Of a stretch of 64,000 nt of DNA, positions 39,721 through 54,176 are shown piece after piece. This DNA is from Octopus vulgaris. Taxonomy: Eukaryota. The notes beneath the pieces are model-generated. The model made no database searches, was not told the DNA's origin, and was given only the letters and a program-made list of their open reading frames with translations. Within the stretch, counting starts at the first letter, position 1; each line of letters starts with the position of its first letter. Made by a program: the position numbers and the translations under genes. The stretch spans positions 52,266,001 through 52,330,000 of the forward strand of contig OX597824.1 of assembly GCA_951406725.2 (NCBI GenBank). The letters are read 5' to 3'.

Positions 39721-40129
39721 AGGTTCTTAAAGCTCTGCGCTTGCCTTTAGAGGACGATAAAATAAGTACCAGTTGAATGATGGGGTTGATGTAATCGACT
39801 TACATCTTCACCTAAAATTGCTGGCTTTGTGACAAAATTTGAAACCAATATTTGAGTTGGCGATGCGAGAACCATTGTGTTTGTGATGTTTAATACCGTT
39901 GTTGACGTCAGAAGTTTTGTAATGGATGGTGGTGGGCAGGAGTAGCGCTGCTGTTGTTGCTGATATTAGCAGTTTTGTGTTCTGTCTTCCTTTGGATGAC
40001 AGTGTGGTTGTTGTAGATGTTAATGTTGTCGATTCTACTATTCATAAAATATCATTTTTAGTGTCACTGTTTGTTTTCATAATCGCTTTCATTAGCGATT
40101 GTAATCACTGCCATTATTATTATTGTTGT

Positions 40130-40808
40130 TGTTCGCAATGGTGGGATGGAATAATAATAGTGCAGAATTGACAACCCAACTGAGAGCGACAAACGCAGAA
40201 TGTGTGGTGAAAGGGTTGGAAAGGTATGGAACATTGTTAGAAAGTGTCCGAAACTGGCACAACGCGATTACAAAAGACATGACAATGTGTCAAGAATGAT
40301 TCATTGGGAGCTCTGTGGAAATCACGGCCTAGAAAGAGCAAAGATATGGTATGATCAAATCGCAGATGGAGTTGCTGAGAGTGAGGAGTGCAGAATCCTG
40401 TTGGATGCAATGATTCGGTGTAACTATTAGATCAGACATTGTTGTAGTGAACAAAAAAGAACTTGCATGATAATCAACATAGCACGTCCCGGTGACAACA
40501 GGATCAAAGAGAAAGAAGAAAAGCTGAACATCTATGCCAATTTGAAGTGGGAAATACGAAAGTTGTGGGCAATGATGAGTGTGGACGTTATACCAGTAGT
40601 AATTGGTGCTCTTGGAAAATATCAGCACTGGACTACCAACGTGGCTCAAAAAGATTGGTACAAATGTAAAAATAGAACACCTACAAAAAACATTAATGCT
40701 TGAAATTGCAAGAATTCTCCGCAATAAACAAATGTCACCTTAGTCTGCTGACTTTGGAAAGATGACAATACGCCATACCCAGCAAAATAACATGAGAGTT
40801 TTAATCGA
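40130..40808 (+). mobile_element. R4/Dong-like LINE 3' fragment, family D
   Basis: MCGER...CPKLAQRDYKRHDNV...IHWELC; VIPVVIGALG. Confidence 0.8.
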
Positions 40809-40890
40809 ATAATAATAATGATGATGATGAAAACAGCAACAAAAACAACAACAACAACAACAACAATAATAATAATAATAATAATAATAA

Positions 40891-43539
40891 TAGACAATCA
40901 ACGCTACTAAGCAACAAAAAGAAAACAAAAATACTGTGCAAATACATCACAGAAAAAGATTTACCTGAGATAAAAGAAAACCTAAAGCAACATATCCTTG
41001 CCAAAGCACAAAAGATCCGCCGGTATGAGAAACGCCAACCTTTCTTTGAACAAAACAAACAGTTCAACTCCAACCCCAAAAGGTTCTACCAAGAACTTGG
41101 CAAAAATAAAATAGACATCACCGCAGCACCAACCTCAGAAGAAGTGGAAGAATTCTGGAAAGGAATATGGTCGGCGAATGAACAACAAAAATAAAGGAGT
41201 ATTAAAACAACAAACATGAGCAACTTTGGATCCCCATAACAACTGAAGAGATCACCCAGACATTGCAAAGACTAAGCAACTGGAAGGTACCTGGGCATGG
41301 CAAAATTCCCAACTTCTGGTTGAAATATCTACCAGGAATGCACAAAAAGCTGGCTGAAAACTTTAACAACACACTGTCAGAGCCAGAGACAATGCCTGAA
41401 TGGCTCACGAAGGGGAAAACCATCTTAATTCCCAAATCCAATGAGACAGCAAAACCAGAAAATTACAGACCTATAACCTGTCTCCCTACAATGTACAAAG
41501 CATTTACTGCAGTAATATCACAAATATTAAACAAGCACCTGGACGAAAACAACCTGTTTCCAGAAGAGCAGAAAGGATGCTGCAAAGGCTCATATGGCTG
41601 TAAAGATCAACTAATGATCAATAAAGCCATAACTGAAGACATCCACAGAAAGAAGAAAGGCCTCAGTATGGCCTGGATCGACTACAGAAAGGCGTTTGAT
41701 AGCATCCCCCACACATGGATCCTCGAAACACTAGCCATTAACAAAGTAGCACCAACAATTATAAAATACATAGGACACTCTATGAATAAATGGCAGACAG
41801 TGCTACAGCTCCAAACAAAAGAGGGACTCATGCAAACCAAAGCCATCCCCATTAGAAGAGGAATATTCCAGGGAGACACGCTCTCTCCACTCCTTTTCTG
41901 CTTGGCACTGTCACCTCTATCTGATATGCTTAATAGAACTGGATGCGGATATAAATGTTACGGCAAAACGATCATACCAAAGAAATAGATATGAAATTTG
42001 GATTAGGAAAATGCGCCAAAGTAACCCTGAAAAGAGGAAAACTAGTTAAGAGTAGCAGCATCACACCAATGAAATAAAAGAATTAGACCAAAGCCAAACT
42101 TACAAATACTTAGGAATCCATGAACTAGATAAGACACAACACACACAAATGAAAGAGAAAATTAAAAAAATATATTATAGACGAGTTAGATAAATACTAA
42201 AAACAGAGCTCAATGCTAAAAATCAAGATAATAGGTATTAACACTTTAGCCGTCCCAGTTATAAGTTACAGCTACAATATCCTTAATTTGACACTAAATG
42301 AACTAACCAAAATAGATAGGAGAACAAGAAAAATAATGACAGGATCTAGGATGCATCACCCAAAATCTGACATAGAAAGGCTATATATACAATGTAAAGA
42401 AGGTGGTAGATACCTTATAAAGCTGGAAAACTACTATAAAATAACCACCATAGGACTGCAAAAATATCTACTTCAGAAGCAAGGAAAACTGATACAAATA
42501 GCGGCAAAACACGAACAAAACAAAAACCTGTTCTCAGTATTTAAGGACGCCGACAAATACAAACAAGAAATCATACCACCTAACAAATATGAAGAAGAAG
42601 AAGATGAAGAAACAACGAAAGCTATAAAACAAATGAAATCCAAACTAAAATTAGAACAGCAACGAACAATGATAAAACGTTGGCAAGAAAAGCCCCTTCA
42701 TGGTAAATACTGGACTAAACTAAATGCAAAAGAAATAGACAAAGAAAAATCCTAGCAATGGAGGAGAAGCTCTGGACTCAAATCAGAGACAGAGGAATTT
42801 TTAATTGCAGCTCAAGACCAAAGCCTCCCCACCAGAAATTACCGAAAACATGTAATGAAAAGAATTATAACAAGTAACTGCAGAATATGTGGAGATGGAC
42901 AAGAAACAATAAATCATATTATCTCTGGCTGCCCAGTCTTGGCTAAGAAGGAATATATTCACAGACACGACAGAGTTGGGACCTACATACACTGGAAGCT
43001 ATGCCAACATTATGGAATAACAACAGAAAAAAAAAAAATGGTATAGGCACACACCAGAAAAGGTCACAGAAAACGAGAAAGCAACCATATTCTGGGATAT
43101 GCCAATACACACAGCTAGAGAAATTAAGGCCAACAGACCAGATATAGTTGTCAGAGATCATGAAGAAGAAAAATGCTTCGTAATTGATGTATCAATACCA
43201 GCAGATGACAACGTGTCTCTAAAAGAAACTTTCAAAATACAAAGACCTGGAAATAGAGGTAACTAGAATGTGGAATCTAAAAACAGAAACAATTCCTATC
43301 ATAGTAGGTGCATTAGGCATGATAAAAAAAATATTCAGACAAATACATAACAAAAACACCAGGACTTACAAACACATATATCATACAGAAAATTGCACTA
43401 CTAGGCACTGCACACATCCTACGCAGAACACTTTCCATACAATAATCATCAGAGCATCACAACAAATCACAGCACATACCCAAGGCACACAGAGCTGCAC
43501 TCGGTAGTGAAGTGAAAGCACGCTATAAAAATAAAACTA

Positions 43540-43542
<3 letters not shown>
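40891..43542 (+). mobile_element. R4/Dong-like LINE, family B
   Basis: ORF 41263-41988 (NYRPITCL, WIDYRKAFD, QGDTLSPLLF) with the YMDD region deleted; RLE end; AAT/AAC repeats on both flanks. Confidence 0.92.
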
Positions 43543-43607
<65 letters not shown>

Positions 43608-43639
43608 TGATGATGATGATGATGATGATGATAATAATA

Positions 43640-43715
<76 letters not shown>

Positions 43716-43716
<1 letters not shown>

Positions 43717-46146
43717 TGGTTGAATGCCTTCCCAGAGAGCCATGAACTGCTAACAGAACTTTACAATGATGTTTTGCAACATCCTAGTAGAATGCCTCCT
43801 TGGCTAGTTAATGGGTTAACATTCCTGCTTCCAAAAAGTGAAGAAACAAATGAACCCAAAAACTATAGACCCATAACCTGCTTAACATCTATGTATAAAA
43901 CACTAACATCTGTCCGGACGGAATATACCTATAGTTTTTTGACAGACAGCAGCATATTACCTAATGAACAGAAAGGATGCAAACGTGGATCCTACGGTTG
44001 TAAAGATCAACTACTCATCAATAAGATGATCTTAGAAGATTGTCACAAACGACACAAAAACTTATCAATAGCATGGATACACTATAAAAAGGCTTTTGAT
44101 AGCCTACCACATAGCTGGATTAAGAAATGCCTAGAAATGTATAAGATAGCACCTGCTCTGCGAAACTTTTTGTCTGTAAGTATGAGATCATGGAGAACCA
44201 CACTAACTTTGAACAGTGACAATGAATCTCTAAATGCTGGTGATGTAAAAATTTCATGTGGCATTTTCCAGGGTGACTCACTATCACCACTCCTCTTCTG
44301 TTTAGCCTTAATACCTCTCTCAAAACCGCTCAATGACGCGCAGTACGTATATAAAATGTTTGATAAAAATATAAATCATCTCATTTATATGGATGATTTA
44401 AAGCTCTTTGCAAAAAATGACCAACAACTCAAGGGCTTACTAACGATTGTCAAACAATTCAGTGATGACATCAGAATGCAATTTGGCCTCGATAAGTGTG
44501 CAAAAGCTTCCTTTATCAAAGGAAAAATGGCAAAAACATCTAACGTTAACCTTGACCAGCAGAATGTCATAAAAGAATTAGACCCAGCAGAGAACTATAA
44601 GTATCTTGGGATAATTGAAGGAGAAGGAATAAGGCATTCAGAAATGAAGGAAAGGATCAGGAGAGAATGTTATCGCAGAGTAAGAGCAATACTCAAGACA
44701 GAGCTGAATGCGAGAAACAGGATCGAAGCGATCAATGCATTAGTCATACCAGTCGTGACTTACAGTTTCAATATCGTTAACTGGTCAATTACTGAAATAT
44801 GTAATCTTGACAGAAAAATACGAAAACTGTTGACAATGCATAGAATGCACCAACCTAAGGCAGATACAGAACGACTTTATCTGCCAAGAAAAGAGGAGGC
44901 CGTGGACTTTTACAACTGGCAATAACAATGAAGATTGCTACAATTGGCCTAGACACCTACCTGAAAAACTCTGAGGACTGGATGTTAAAACTTGTCTCAA
45001 AACATGAAAACAAGAAAGCATCATACTAGGTAACAAACCAGGCAAAGGAATATCTAAGTGAATTCCGAATACAACAAATTTCGGAATTAGAGATAGACAT
45101 ACAAGAAACAGGCACAGAAAAAGCTAAGTGCATGGAAACCCGTGCTAAATCTGCGGCCTTAGATATTCTGAATGATAAATTGCAAGAAAAACCTCTCTAT
45201 GGCAAATACCCAAAGAGAGCAAATAATGCAGATGTTGACAAAGCGCTGACCCATCAATGGCTAATGGCCTCTGGCTTAAAATATGAAACAGAGGGGTTTA
45301 TCATAGCAGCTCAAGATCAATGCCTACCAACAAGAAACTACCAGGCCAACATATTAAAGATCAGAAGCAGTCCAACGTGTCGTGTATGCCAGCAACAAAA
45401 TGAAACCATTGACCATGGGGTCTCCAAGTGCAGTCTTCTAGCGCCTACAGAGTATCTCAACAGGCACGATAGAGCTGCACAATATATTCACTGGGTAATC
45501 TGCAAAAACCTGGATTTGCCCCATGAAAAAAACTGGTGGGAACACAAACCACCCCCAGTGCTTGCAAATGACCACATCTCACTCCTCTGGAACTTACCAT
45601 ACAAACTGACAGAAAGATAGATGCAAATACGCCAGACATCATATTGAAAGACTTCAAATAAAGAACATGCCTCCTCATTGATATGACTGTCCCAATCGAT
45701 ATAAACGTATCTGTCAAGACCTACCAAAAACTGAGCAAATATAATGATCTTGAAATAGAAATCAGCAAAATGTGGAACCTGAAGACTAAAACAATACCTG
45801 GGAATGATAGCAAAAGGGGCTGATAGCTACCTAACTCAGATACCAGGAAACCCCAAAATGGCAGAAGTTCAAAAGATAGTGCTCATGGGAACTGCTCATA
45901 TCCTACGCAAAATACTTTCTATGTAATATCAAGGTTTAAAACAAACATAATTTTCGGTTTAAAAAAAAAAATTTTTTAAAAAAAATTTTTTTTTAGACAT
46001 TCATTAGTACAACACCAAAAACTCCCCCCCCCATATATGGCACACTAGGCATAACAATAACATGAACATCCAACCTGTTGTCTCTTGAGGTCTCTGGGTG
46101 AGACTTGGAGCCAACTTGTACAAATATAAAGCAAAAGTCAAACATA

Positions 46147-46148
<2 letters not shown>
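43716..46148 (+). mobile_element. R4/Dong-like LINE, family C, with a 401-aa RT ORF
   Basis: ORF 43720-44925 carries YRPITCL, QGDSLSPLLF, HLIYMDDLKL and YKYLG; downstream knuckle and RLE are frameshifted; (AAT)n on both sides. Confidence 0.95.
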
Positions 46149-46199
<51 letters not shown>

Positions 46200-46372
46200 T
46201 GCTGCTCATGTATTTTAATCTAACTTTAAAAAGAAAAAAAAAAAAAATGAACGAACTTCTGAGTTTGGTTTAATGGCCTACCAATATACACTATGAGTTT
46301 CTTTGCCCTAGGAGTCGGGAAGACACTCGGAAAGAAATGGAAGAAAATTTGAAAGAAGAAAAAAAAAAAAAG
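46200..46372 (+). mobile_element. family F-like LINE 3' UTR only
   Basis: TTAATGGCCTACCAAT...AAGACACTC...AAGAAATGGAA shared with 27033-27090. Confidence 0.6.
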
Positions 46373-46392
46373 TAATAATAATAATAATAATA

Positions 46393-47465
46393 GATGTACG
46401 GAGCCCATCATCCACGAGCAGAAACTGATCGCCTATACATGAAGAGAACAAATTGAGGAAGGGAACTAATATGTGTGGAAGACTGCGTGCGTATCGAACT
46501 CGAGAGCTTAATGAGACACCTAGTCCAAAGTAAAAGAACCTTGATAGTGACAGTTAGGAACGAGGGAATATTGAGAACAGAGGAAAAAAATGTGAAAACA
46601 AAGGAAGAAGTACAAAAAGACGTGAATAATTACGCAAGAAGGGGCCACACAACCAGTTCCGTGTAGCCACAATAGAAATTGCTGGATAAAATAGGTGGGA
46701 TTGGCTGATGATAGAAAACCTCAAAAGGGACAAGAGGACTATAATGACAGCGCAAGACCAAGCTTTGACCACGAACTGGAGGGTCAACTTTAGGAATAAG
46801 CAAGTGTCTCCGCTGTGCCGCATCTGCAATAAGGTAGATTAAACCATTGCCCATATCACGAACGAATGCCCTAGTCTTGCCCAAAAGCACCACAGGGTGT
46901 GGCGACCCAACCAGGTAGCGAAGACGCTCCTTTGAAATTCTGCAAAAAGTGGGGTCTATAGAGAGACAAGACGTGGTATGAGCACAAATCGCAGAGAGTG
47001 GCGGAGTCGGAGAGTAGCAAAATTCTCTGGGATTTCCCAATCCAAACAGATCAGGTGCTAGAGCATAACAGACAGGACCAAGTGGTGGTGGACAAGATGC
47101 AACACATGTGCTATATAGTTGATGTTGCATGCCCATTTGCCCGAAGAATAATCAAGAAGGAAAGCGGAAAGGTAGATGGATACAACCCTCTTAAGTACGA
47201 AATATCATGGCTGTGAATATAGTGCCAATTATTGTTGGGTTTTGGAAACATTATCAGAAGGCATCAAGAGGAACATAAAGAGAATTGGAATACAGTACCC
47301 AGTAGCACTGTTACAAACGATTTGGCTCCTTGGCACGGTCAGAATAATCAGGAAAGTATTAGATAGCTGAAAAGAGAGAATAGCATGGTACCGTAGGCTG
47401 CAAGTAGTAAGCCCGCTACGCATGCAGGACCCCAGGGGCGCCAACAAAACCCTTGATAAAGAGAA

Positions 47466-47466
<1 letters not shown>
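46393..47466 (+). mobile_element. R4/Dong-like LINE 3' fragment
   Basis: KILWDFPIQTD...IVDVACPF, LLGTVRIIRKVL; (AAT)n tail. Confidence 0.8.
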
Positions 47467-47539
<73 letters not shown>

Positions 47540-47573
47540 TGATGATGATGATGATGATAATAATAATAATAAT

Positions 47574-48345
47574 CCTGGGCTTTGTTAAAAGGGGGGCAAT
47601 TTTAAAAAATGAAACAGAGAGCCTAATATCAGCAGTCAAGATTCAGCGATAAAAACAAAGAACTTGACAAAAAATATGTATGGAGAGAATGTGTCAGAAA
47701 AATGTAGAGCCCGTAGAACTTGGAATGAAACAGTAGCACATATTGTGACAGAATGCCGCAAGTTGTCACAGAAGAATATAAGAAGTGGAGGCACGGCCAG
47801 GTTGTAAAAGTTTTACACTGGAAACTGTGCCAGAAAGGGCGATTTGAAGCTGGAAACACGTGGTACAGTCATCGAGTCGAATGAGTTCTGGAGTCGGAGA
47901 AATATAAGATTTTGTGGGGCTTTCCTATTCAAACGCAGAAGAAGTTAGAAAATAATCGACCAGACATAACGATTGTAGAGATGGAAAAGGGAAGTTGCTT
48001 ACTAATTGACCCATCATGCCCGTTTGATTCCAGGATCATAAAGAAAGAGGACGAAAAGAGTACAAACTCTTAAAATATGAAATAGGAAGAATTTGGAGCA
48101 TGCGAATAGTAAAGGTCATGCGTTGAAAGTTGTAAGCTAAGCTATAGACAAATGGCTGAAAGAGATTCAAATAGAATGCCCGATAGAAATCCTACAGAAA
48201 GTTTGTCTCTTAGAAACAGACAGGAAGGTTGTAAGCACTTAAAAGGCTGCTGAATACTTGTGGATACGTAAGGTTACAGGTAGTAACCCGCTACCAACAT
48301 AATTCCTACCAGGAATAAGACCGAACCTGAGCCAAACCAAAATAA
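47574..48345 (+). mobile_element. R4/Dong-like LINE 3' fragment, family E
   Basis: LKNETESLISA, LHWKLC and NRPDI remnants. Confidence 0.75.
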
Positions 48346-48764
48346 TATTAATGGCGGAAGGTCAACTATTTCGGGAGGAATGCGTAAGTCGATTACATCG
48401 ACCTCAGTGCTCAACTGGTACTTATCTCATCGACCCCGAAAGGATGAATTTCAAAGCTGACCTAACGGTTTTACCAGCTCGCAACAACAACAATAATTTA
48501 ATTTAACCAGACAAATTTTAAGAGAACCTGTGACGCCAGTTGTATATAGTATGGCATGATATACACTTACGCTTAGGAGACACACATGTAAAAACACACA
48601 TCAGCTGTATATAAATTTACTCTGATTCTGTGTTGTTGACCTTTACTACGATATAATTTATTTGAAGTACGATATGAATTGTAACATATATTATAAAAGT
48701 CTATCACATACACACACGCATTCGCACGTTCAGATTATGTAAGTATATATATATTTATACACAA

Positions 48765-48847
<83 letters not shown>

Positions 48848-48888
48848 TATACACATGTATATATGTATGTATATATGCATGTATATCC

Positions 48889-48931
<43 letters not shown>

Positions 48932-49689
48932 TATATATATATATAGACACACACACACATACATATAAGAAATATAGAATTACGCATATGTAATCGAGCC
49001 AGTACAGTCTCTAAGTTCATCTAAGCGACATATTTATTCATTCAGAGTGCACAGCGAGTCAATGAGTAGTCGGTGCTATGTCATTATGTCAATATAAGGT
49101 AATATAAGGAGAAGAATAGACCACAAACATACCACGTTACACATTAAGAATGTATGGAATAATAACCACAAAATATGGTGTGAGACATCCTGCTGATTCC
49201 GTGGCTATCAATCAACCATTTTCATTTCATTTTTATTTGAACTATTTGTGCAGTGAATTAGCAGAATAATTAGAATATCGGAAAAAATTATTTGCGGTAT
49301 TGGTTCCAGTTGTTTATGTCCTGAGTTCTATTCTCACCAGAGTCAACTTGCCTTTCATCATTGAGATCGATAAAATAAAGTAACAGTGAAGCACTGGGAT
49401 CGAGTGTATTGAACTGCCTCTCGCCATACATACTGCTATTCTTGTGCCAAAATTTGAAAGTAAAGAGGTGAACTTGACTTAATCGTTAAAGAGTCGGAAA
49501 AATTGCCGGCTCCTTATGTTTTGAGTTTAAACTTTCGAGGATGATAAAATAAAGTGTATTTGAACATAGGGGCCGATGCAATCGACTAGATCCCGCTCTC
49601 CTACCAAAGCAAAGGAAAATAATTTAGAATTTCTATAGTAGAAATATAATTTCTATAGTAGAAAGGATTATTAATATTAATATCATTTC

Positions 49690-50640
49690 CTAGACGCACA
49701 ACAGATTAGACAGCTGAAAAAGAAGTTAATAATATCGGGCTACAATAGTAACCTTAGATGCAAAGAACCGTCCTAAGTATCCTAGTTGTTTCTAATAAAA
49801 CTGTTTGCTGGAGATACACTAAACTAGATTTTATGTCTATATTCTCTATCCATCTGTTCAAATCTTTAAGGGTAGTTCCTTATGCACCTATAACTACAGA
49901 GATACATTTTATCGGCACTTTCTATATACTCTATTACTCAATGGCTAGGTCCTGGTACTTTGCTATTTTCTCTATACCGATCATATTGATTTTCTCATCA
50001 TTTGGGACTGTGAAGCCAATTACCTGGCTCTTTCTATTCTCTTTGTCTATTACTGCACCTTCTAAATTCTGTCAGTCTGAATGTTAAAATCCCACATCTT
50101 ATATTTCTTACTTTCTAGCACTTTACTAGGTTGATGTTCATACCATTCATCAGTATGTTCTAATACTAGCTTTCTACACTACTCCCTGTGGATTATGCTC
50201 TCGAGTTTGCCATGTCTTTTCTTGTATTCTTTTTGTGTCAGCATACTGCATTCATTAACTACATGAGTAACACTTTCCTCCTTTGATTTACATAATCTAC
50301 ATTAGGAATCTACCCGATTTTTGTCTGTCTTGGCTTGTATCCAGTTAGTCCTTAATGTTTGATCTTGTGCTGCTACTAATAAACTGTCCCCATATTCAGC
50401 ATTCCTTTCTGCTATCACAGCCTTACCTCACTATTACGATTTTCGGCCACTATCTTTGGAAATCTACTATGCATAGCCTTCTCTTGCCAGTCAAATAATC
50501 TATCTTCTTTTCTCTGGTTTTTAACCTCATTCAGCTTTTCGGTTTCCCAATCTCCTGTTACTCTAACAGCTCTTAATAAGATTTCTGCACTATTATAGAC
50601 ATAGGAGGCTACATCTACTCTACATAATGGCTGTTGACAT
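49690..50640 (-). mobile_element. R4/Dong-like LINE 3' fragment, decayed
   Basis: Minus strand LLVAAQDQTLRTNWI, KYQDLAIE, ISVVIGA*G. Confidence 0.7.
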
Positions 50641-51199
50641 TATTTTCCCACCACTAATTGACATGGTCAGGAGACAAATCACAGGCAAGAAGAACAACGA
50701 CATCAACAGATGCAGCAGCAGTTGAATACGTCTGTTTGAGAGACTTCATGTTCGATAGAAGGAAGCAGGTAAGAAAGGACCATTGACCTAACTATATGGA
50801 GGGACACAGCCGGCCCTCCGGATATCTGAGGGTGTTTCAACAAGCAGTTCTTTGTAAAATCTTTTATCGCTACTCACTGTAAAGTCTCTTACTCTGTTGA
50901 GATATCTGTTTTTTATGGCGTTTTGTTTCTAGTTGTTTAGATGTCTTTTTATGAGTGTTGATGACTTTTTATGAGTTTTATCTTGTGTTGTTGCATGTGC
51001 GCCGTAACTTCTATGTTGTTTGTATTTATGGCCGTGTAATTTATAATGTTTCTTAGTCGTTCACCTTTGTCTGGGTGTATAATTGAACTTACTGATGTTT
51101 GTGGTGATGGTCGTGTCTGACAGTAGCGATTCTAACAGTGATGCTGATGATGAGGAGGAGGAGGGAATGATGGTTTTGTTGGTGTTGTCGTTTGAGATG

Positions 51200-51900
51200 G
51201 TATCAGTGAATCGTTGTTGAGTGGTGCTTCTTCTATACATTTGATCCTCCCGGCATTTTTATTGACACAATTTGTTTCTCTTTTTCTTTTTTCTCGTTTT
51301 TTTACTTGTTTACATTGGCTTTCTTCTCCGTCACCTTCACCATACTACATATCTGAATAGTCCCAAACAGGAAATGTCTTGGCGTGGGTCATTGTCTTTT
51401 TGTTTTGTTGTTATTTGGGGGCTTTCAGTTGCGGTTGTTGTTGGGAACGTCTGTTTATTTTGTTGGGTTTGTTTATGTTGATGTAATTTCTGTCACCGTT
51501 ATTCCTGTTACTGTTGTTGCTGCTGTTCTTACAACAGTATTCGCAGCTATTGGTTTTAATGTTACAGTTGCTATCATTATTGCTGTTGCTGCATACTGCC
51601 GTTGGTACTTTTGCTGTCTGTCCTGTTCATATTGTTGCTGTAGACAGAAAGCTTTGAGATTTGTGTTACATCACAAGGCACACCTTGGCTTTCTGCCCTC
51701 AAACATCACGTACAGTTTTGTGCCTCAAAGTATGGGTTCAATACTTTGTTGATAGATTATGTATCAATAGCTCCATTTCTTGGTTTTCCTAATTTTGTTT
51801 CTGCAGCCTCTAAACTAGCAGAATATTCATATTTCTAATATGTTAAATAAAGTCTCACCAACCAGCAGACGTTTACTTCTGGGTACACACCGACAATTGT
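51200..51900 (-). mobile_element. possible decayed L1/Tx1 ORF1 (gag-like knuckle)
   Basis: Minus-strand GTKLYVMFEGRKPRCAL*CNTNLKAFC near 51640-51725 resembles a degenerate CX2CX4HX4C knuckle, followed by a low-complexity region. Confidence 0.3.
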
Positions 51901-52063
51901 TATCCTTACTACTCTCCAGCCAAGGTAGATTCATATGAGGACGAGTTCGTCACTCTTTGGTGTTGCTTTTGTTTCCTGGCCTCACCCTCCGTTGAGAATC
52001 TGACCTCTCCCGTGTGATATTTTCCCCACTAACAACACGTTTTTAGTGCCGTACATCAATCTG

Positions 52064-52228
52064 GGGGCAGACATGGCTGTGCGGTAAGCAGCTGGCTTCC
52101 TCATCACATGGTTCCGGATTCAGTCTCACTGAGTGGGACCTTGGTCAAGTGTCTTCTATTATAGCCTTCGGTCGACCAAAATCTTCTGAATGGATTTGAT
52201 AGACGTATACTGAAAGAAGCCTGTCGTG

Positions 52229-52262
<34 letters not shown>

Positions 52263-52885
52263 TGTGTGTGTTTGTGAAAACTTGTATCTCTGCCGTAAGG
52301 CTTCATTTCCACACACGCCAACTTAATTCAATTCGTCCTTAGTCGAAAGGCACCTGTTGTTATGTCCTATTATTATTTTTATTGTATTTGTATTTGTGTA
52401 ACATTGTCCGGTTTTTCCGTCCTTGTTTTTGTATATATTCGCCGTTTTCTTCCAAGGAATCTAATGCTCTTAGCTTAGTTTTTCCTTGAGGCTGGTCAGA
52501 TTGGAGCAATCTCAAATATAATCAGTCGAAATTGCGAGGATAATCTGGTGCTTGACTGAGGAAAGAAAACTTCGAATGATCCGTCCTTGTTTTCTTTGTA
52601 TTGTCTATCTGGATGTTTTGTTGTCCCATTTTGTATGTATATATATATATGTCTTTGTGGCTGTGTTTGTCCCCTGCCATCGCTTGACAACCGATGCTGG
52701 TGTGTTTATGTCTCCCGTAACTTAGTGGTTCGGCAAAAGAGAGCAATAGAATAAATACTAGGCTCACAAAGAATAAATCCTGGGATCGATTTCTTTGACT
52801 AAAAAAGCAAAAATCTTTAAGAGGTACTCCAGCATGGCCCCAGTCAAATGACTGAAACAAGTAAAACAATAAAAGAATAAAACAA
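52064..52885 (+). mobile_element. SINE family A split by an insertion in its internal microsatellite
   Basis: 5' half 52064-52230, 3' half 52645-52885, unrelated sequence between them. Confidence 0.75.
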
Positions 52886-54041
52886 TACTATCAACATATG
52901 TAAGTTACAGTTTTCAGACTGATTTGTTATAGGACGAATTTTGAAATATTTAATTTTACGTTTCGGCCGTAAGGGTTTTTATTTTATAATTTTTTAATTT
53001 TTGTGAAATTAATTGAAATACCTCCTGCGAACTCAGTAACTGGGATTTGTTAAATGTCGTATCTTGACTTTCATTTGATTTGTGCTGCTGTTAATAGTGG
53101 TGGCGGTAGTAGTGGTATTGATAGTGGCGGTGATAGAGGTGAAGGTGGAAGTTTCAGGTGTTTTCAAGCGGCAATTATACATTTCTTCTTCCTGTCTCAA
53201 ACTCTCACTACCGTCGTCGTCGTCGTTATTGCTATTATTTTACGTTTTATTACTATCCTGGTTGTATTCATTTCTCTTGTTGTTGTGGCTGTTATTGTTT
53301 CGAGCGGCAATGGGGTTAGCAGTAGTAGTATGGAGAGGGGTGGGTTTTGTTTTAACACAGGGAAGGCAGATTCAACACAGCTATTCCAATACTTAGTTTT
53401 ACTTCTCTTGGCTTTTTATCAGTTGATTCGTCGCCATAATTTGTAATTTTCTCTAAAGAGGAAAATCCACTGATATAATTCTTCAAATCTGCCTCAAATG
53501 ACGAAAATAAAAAGAAGTTGAGCAGCAACTCAAAATTAATATAAGTTTACATAATCCACAAAAAATTTAAAGCTGGTTTGCACTAAGTTCAAATGAAAAA
53601 CAAATTACGAGCGAATTGAACAACGTGCCGTTGACACCACCACCAGTCCCTCCTCCACCACCACTATAACAACAATAATACTTCTGATCCCCCAAGATAC
53701 TAATTCGATTTAACAAAAGAATTTTAAGGGAAACTTGTAATACCAAGTATATATTGTGTCACACACACACACGCACACACAGGCGCGCACACGAGTCAGC
53801 GTTGACGCACACACACACATATCTACTTCTCACTCTCTCTCTCTTTCTCTCTCTTTCTTTCTCTTTCTCTCTCTCTCTTTAAATGTAACCACATGTGAAC
53901 AGGAGGCGATTTTCTTCCTCCGTCTTCCCTTCTATTGGACTTTCCTCTGTTTCCGAAGAAGAGCGTCTGCTAATACATTACATGTACCACATCCTCGCCT
54001 TGTTGTGTTTTTTGTTTTTTTTCTTTTTGGGATTTACTATG

Positions 54042-54113
<72 letters not shown>

Positions 54114-54129
54114 CGTGTGTGTGTGTGTG

Positions 54130-54176
<47 letters not shown>

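Noticed and set aside
43720-44925. Active or domesticated reverse transcriptase gene
   Set aside because: It is 5'-truncated at (AAT)n, lacks an ATG, has a D-to-H change in the WIDY motif, and is frameshifted downstream.
52482-52545. Hammerhead-like GCTGGT...ATCAGTC GAAA
   Set aside because: The CUGANGA core is missing; at most a decayed remnant.
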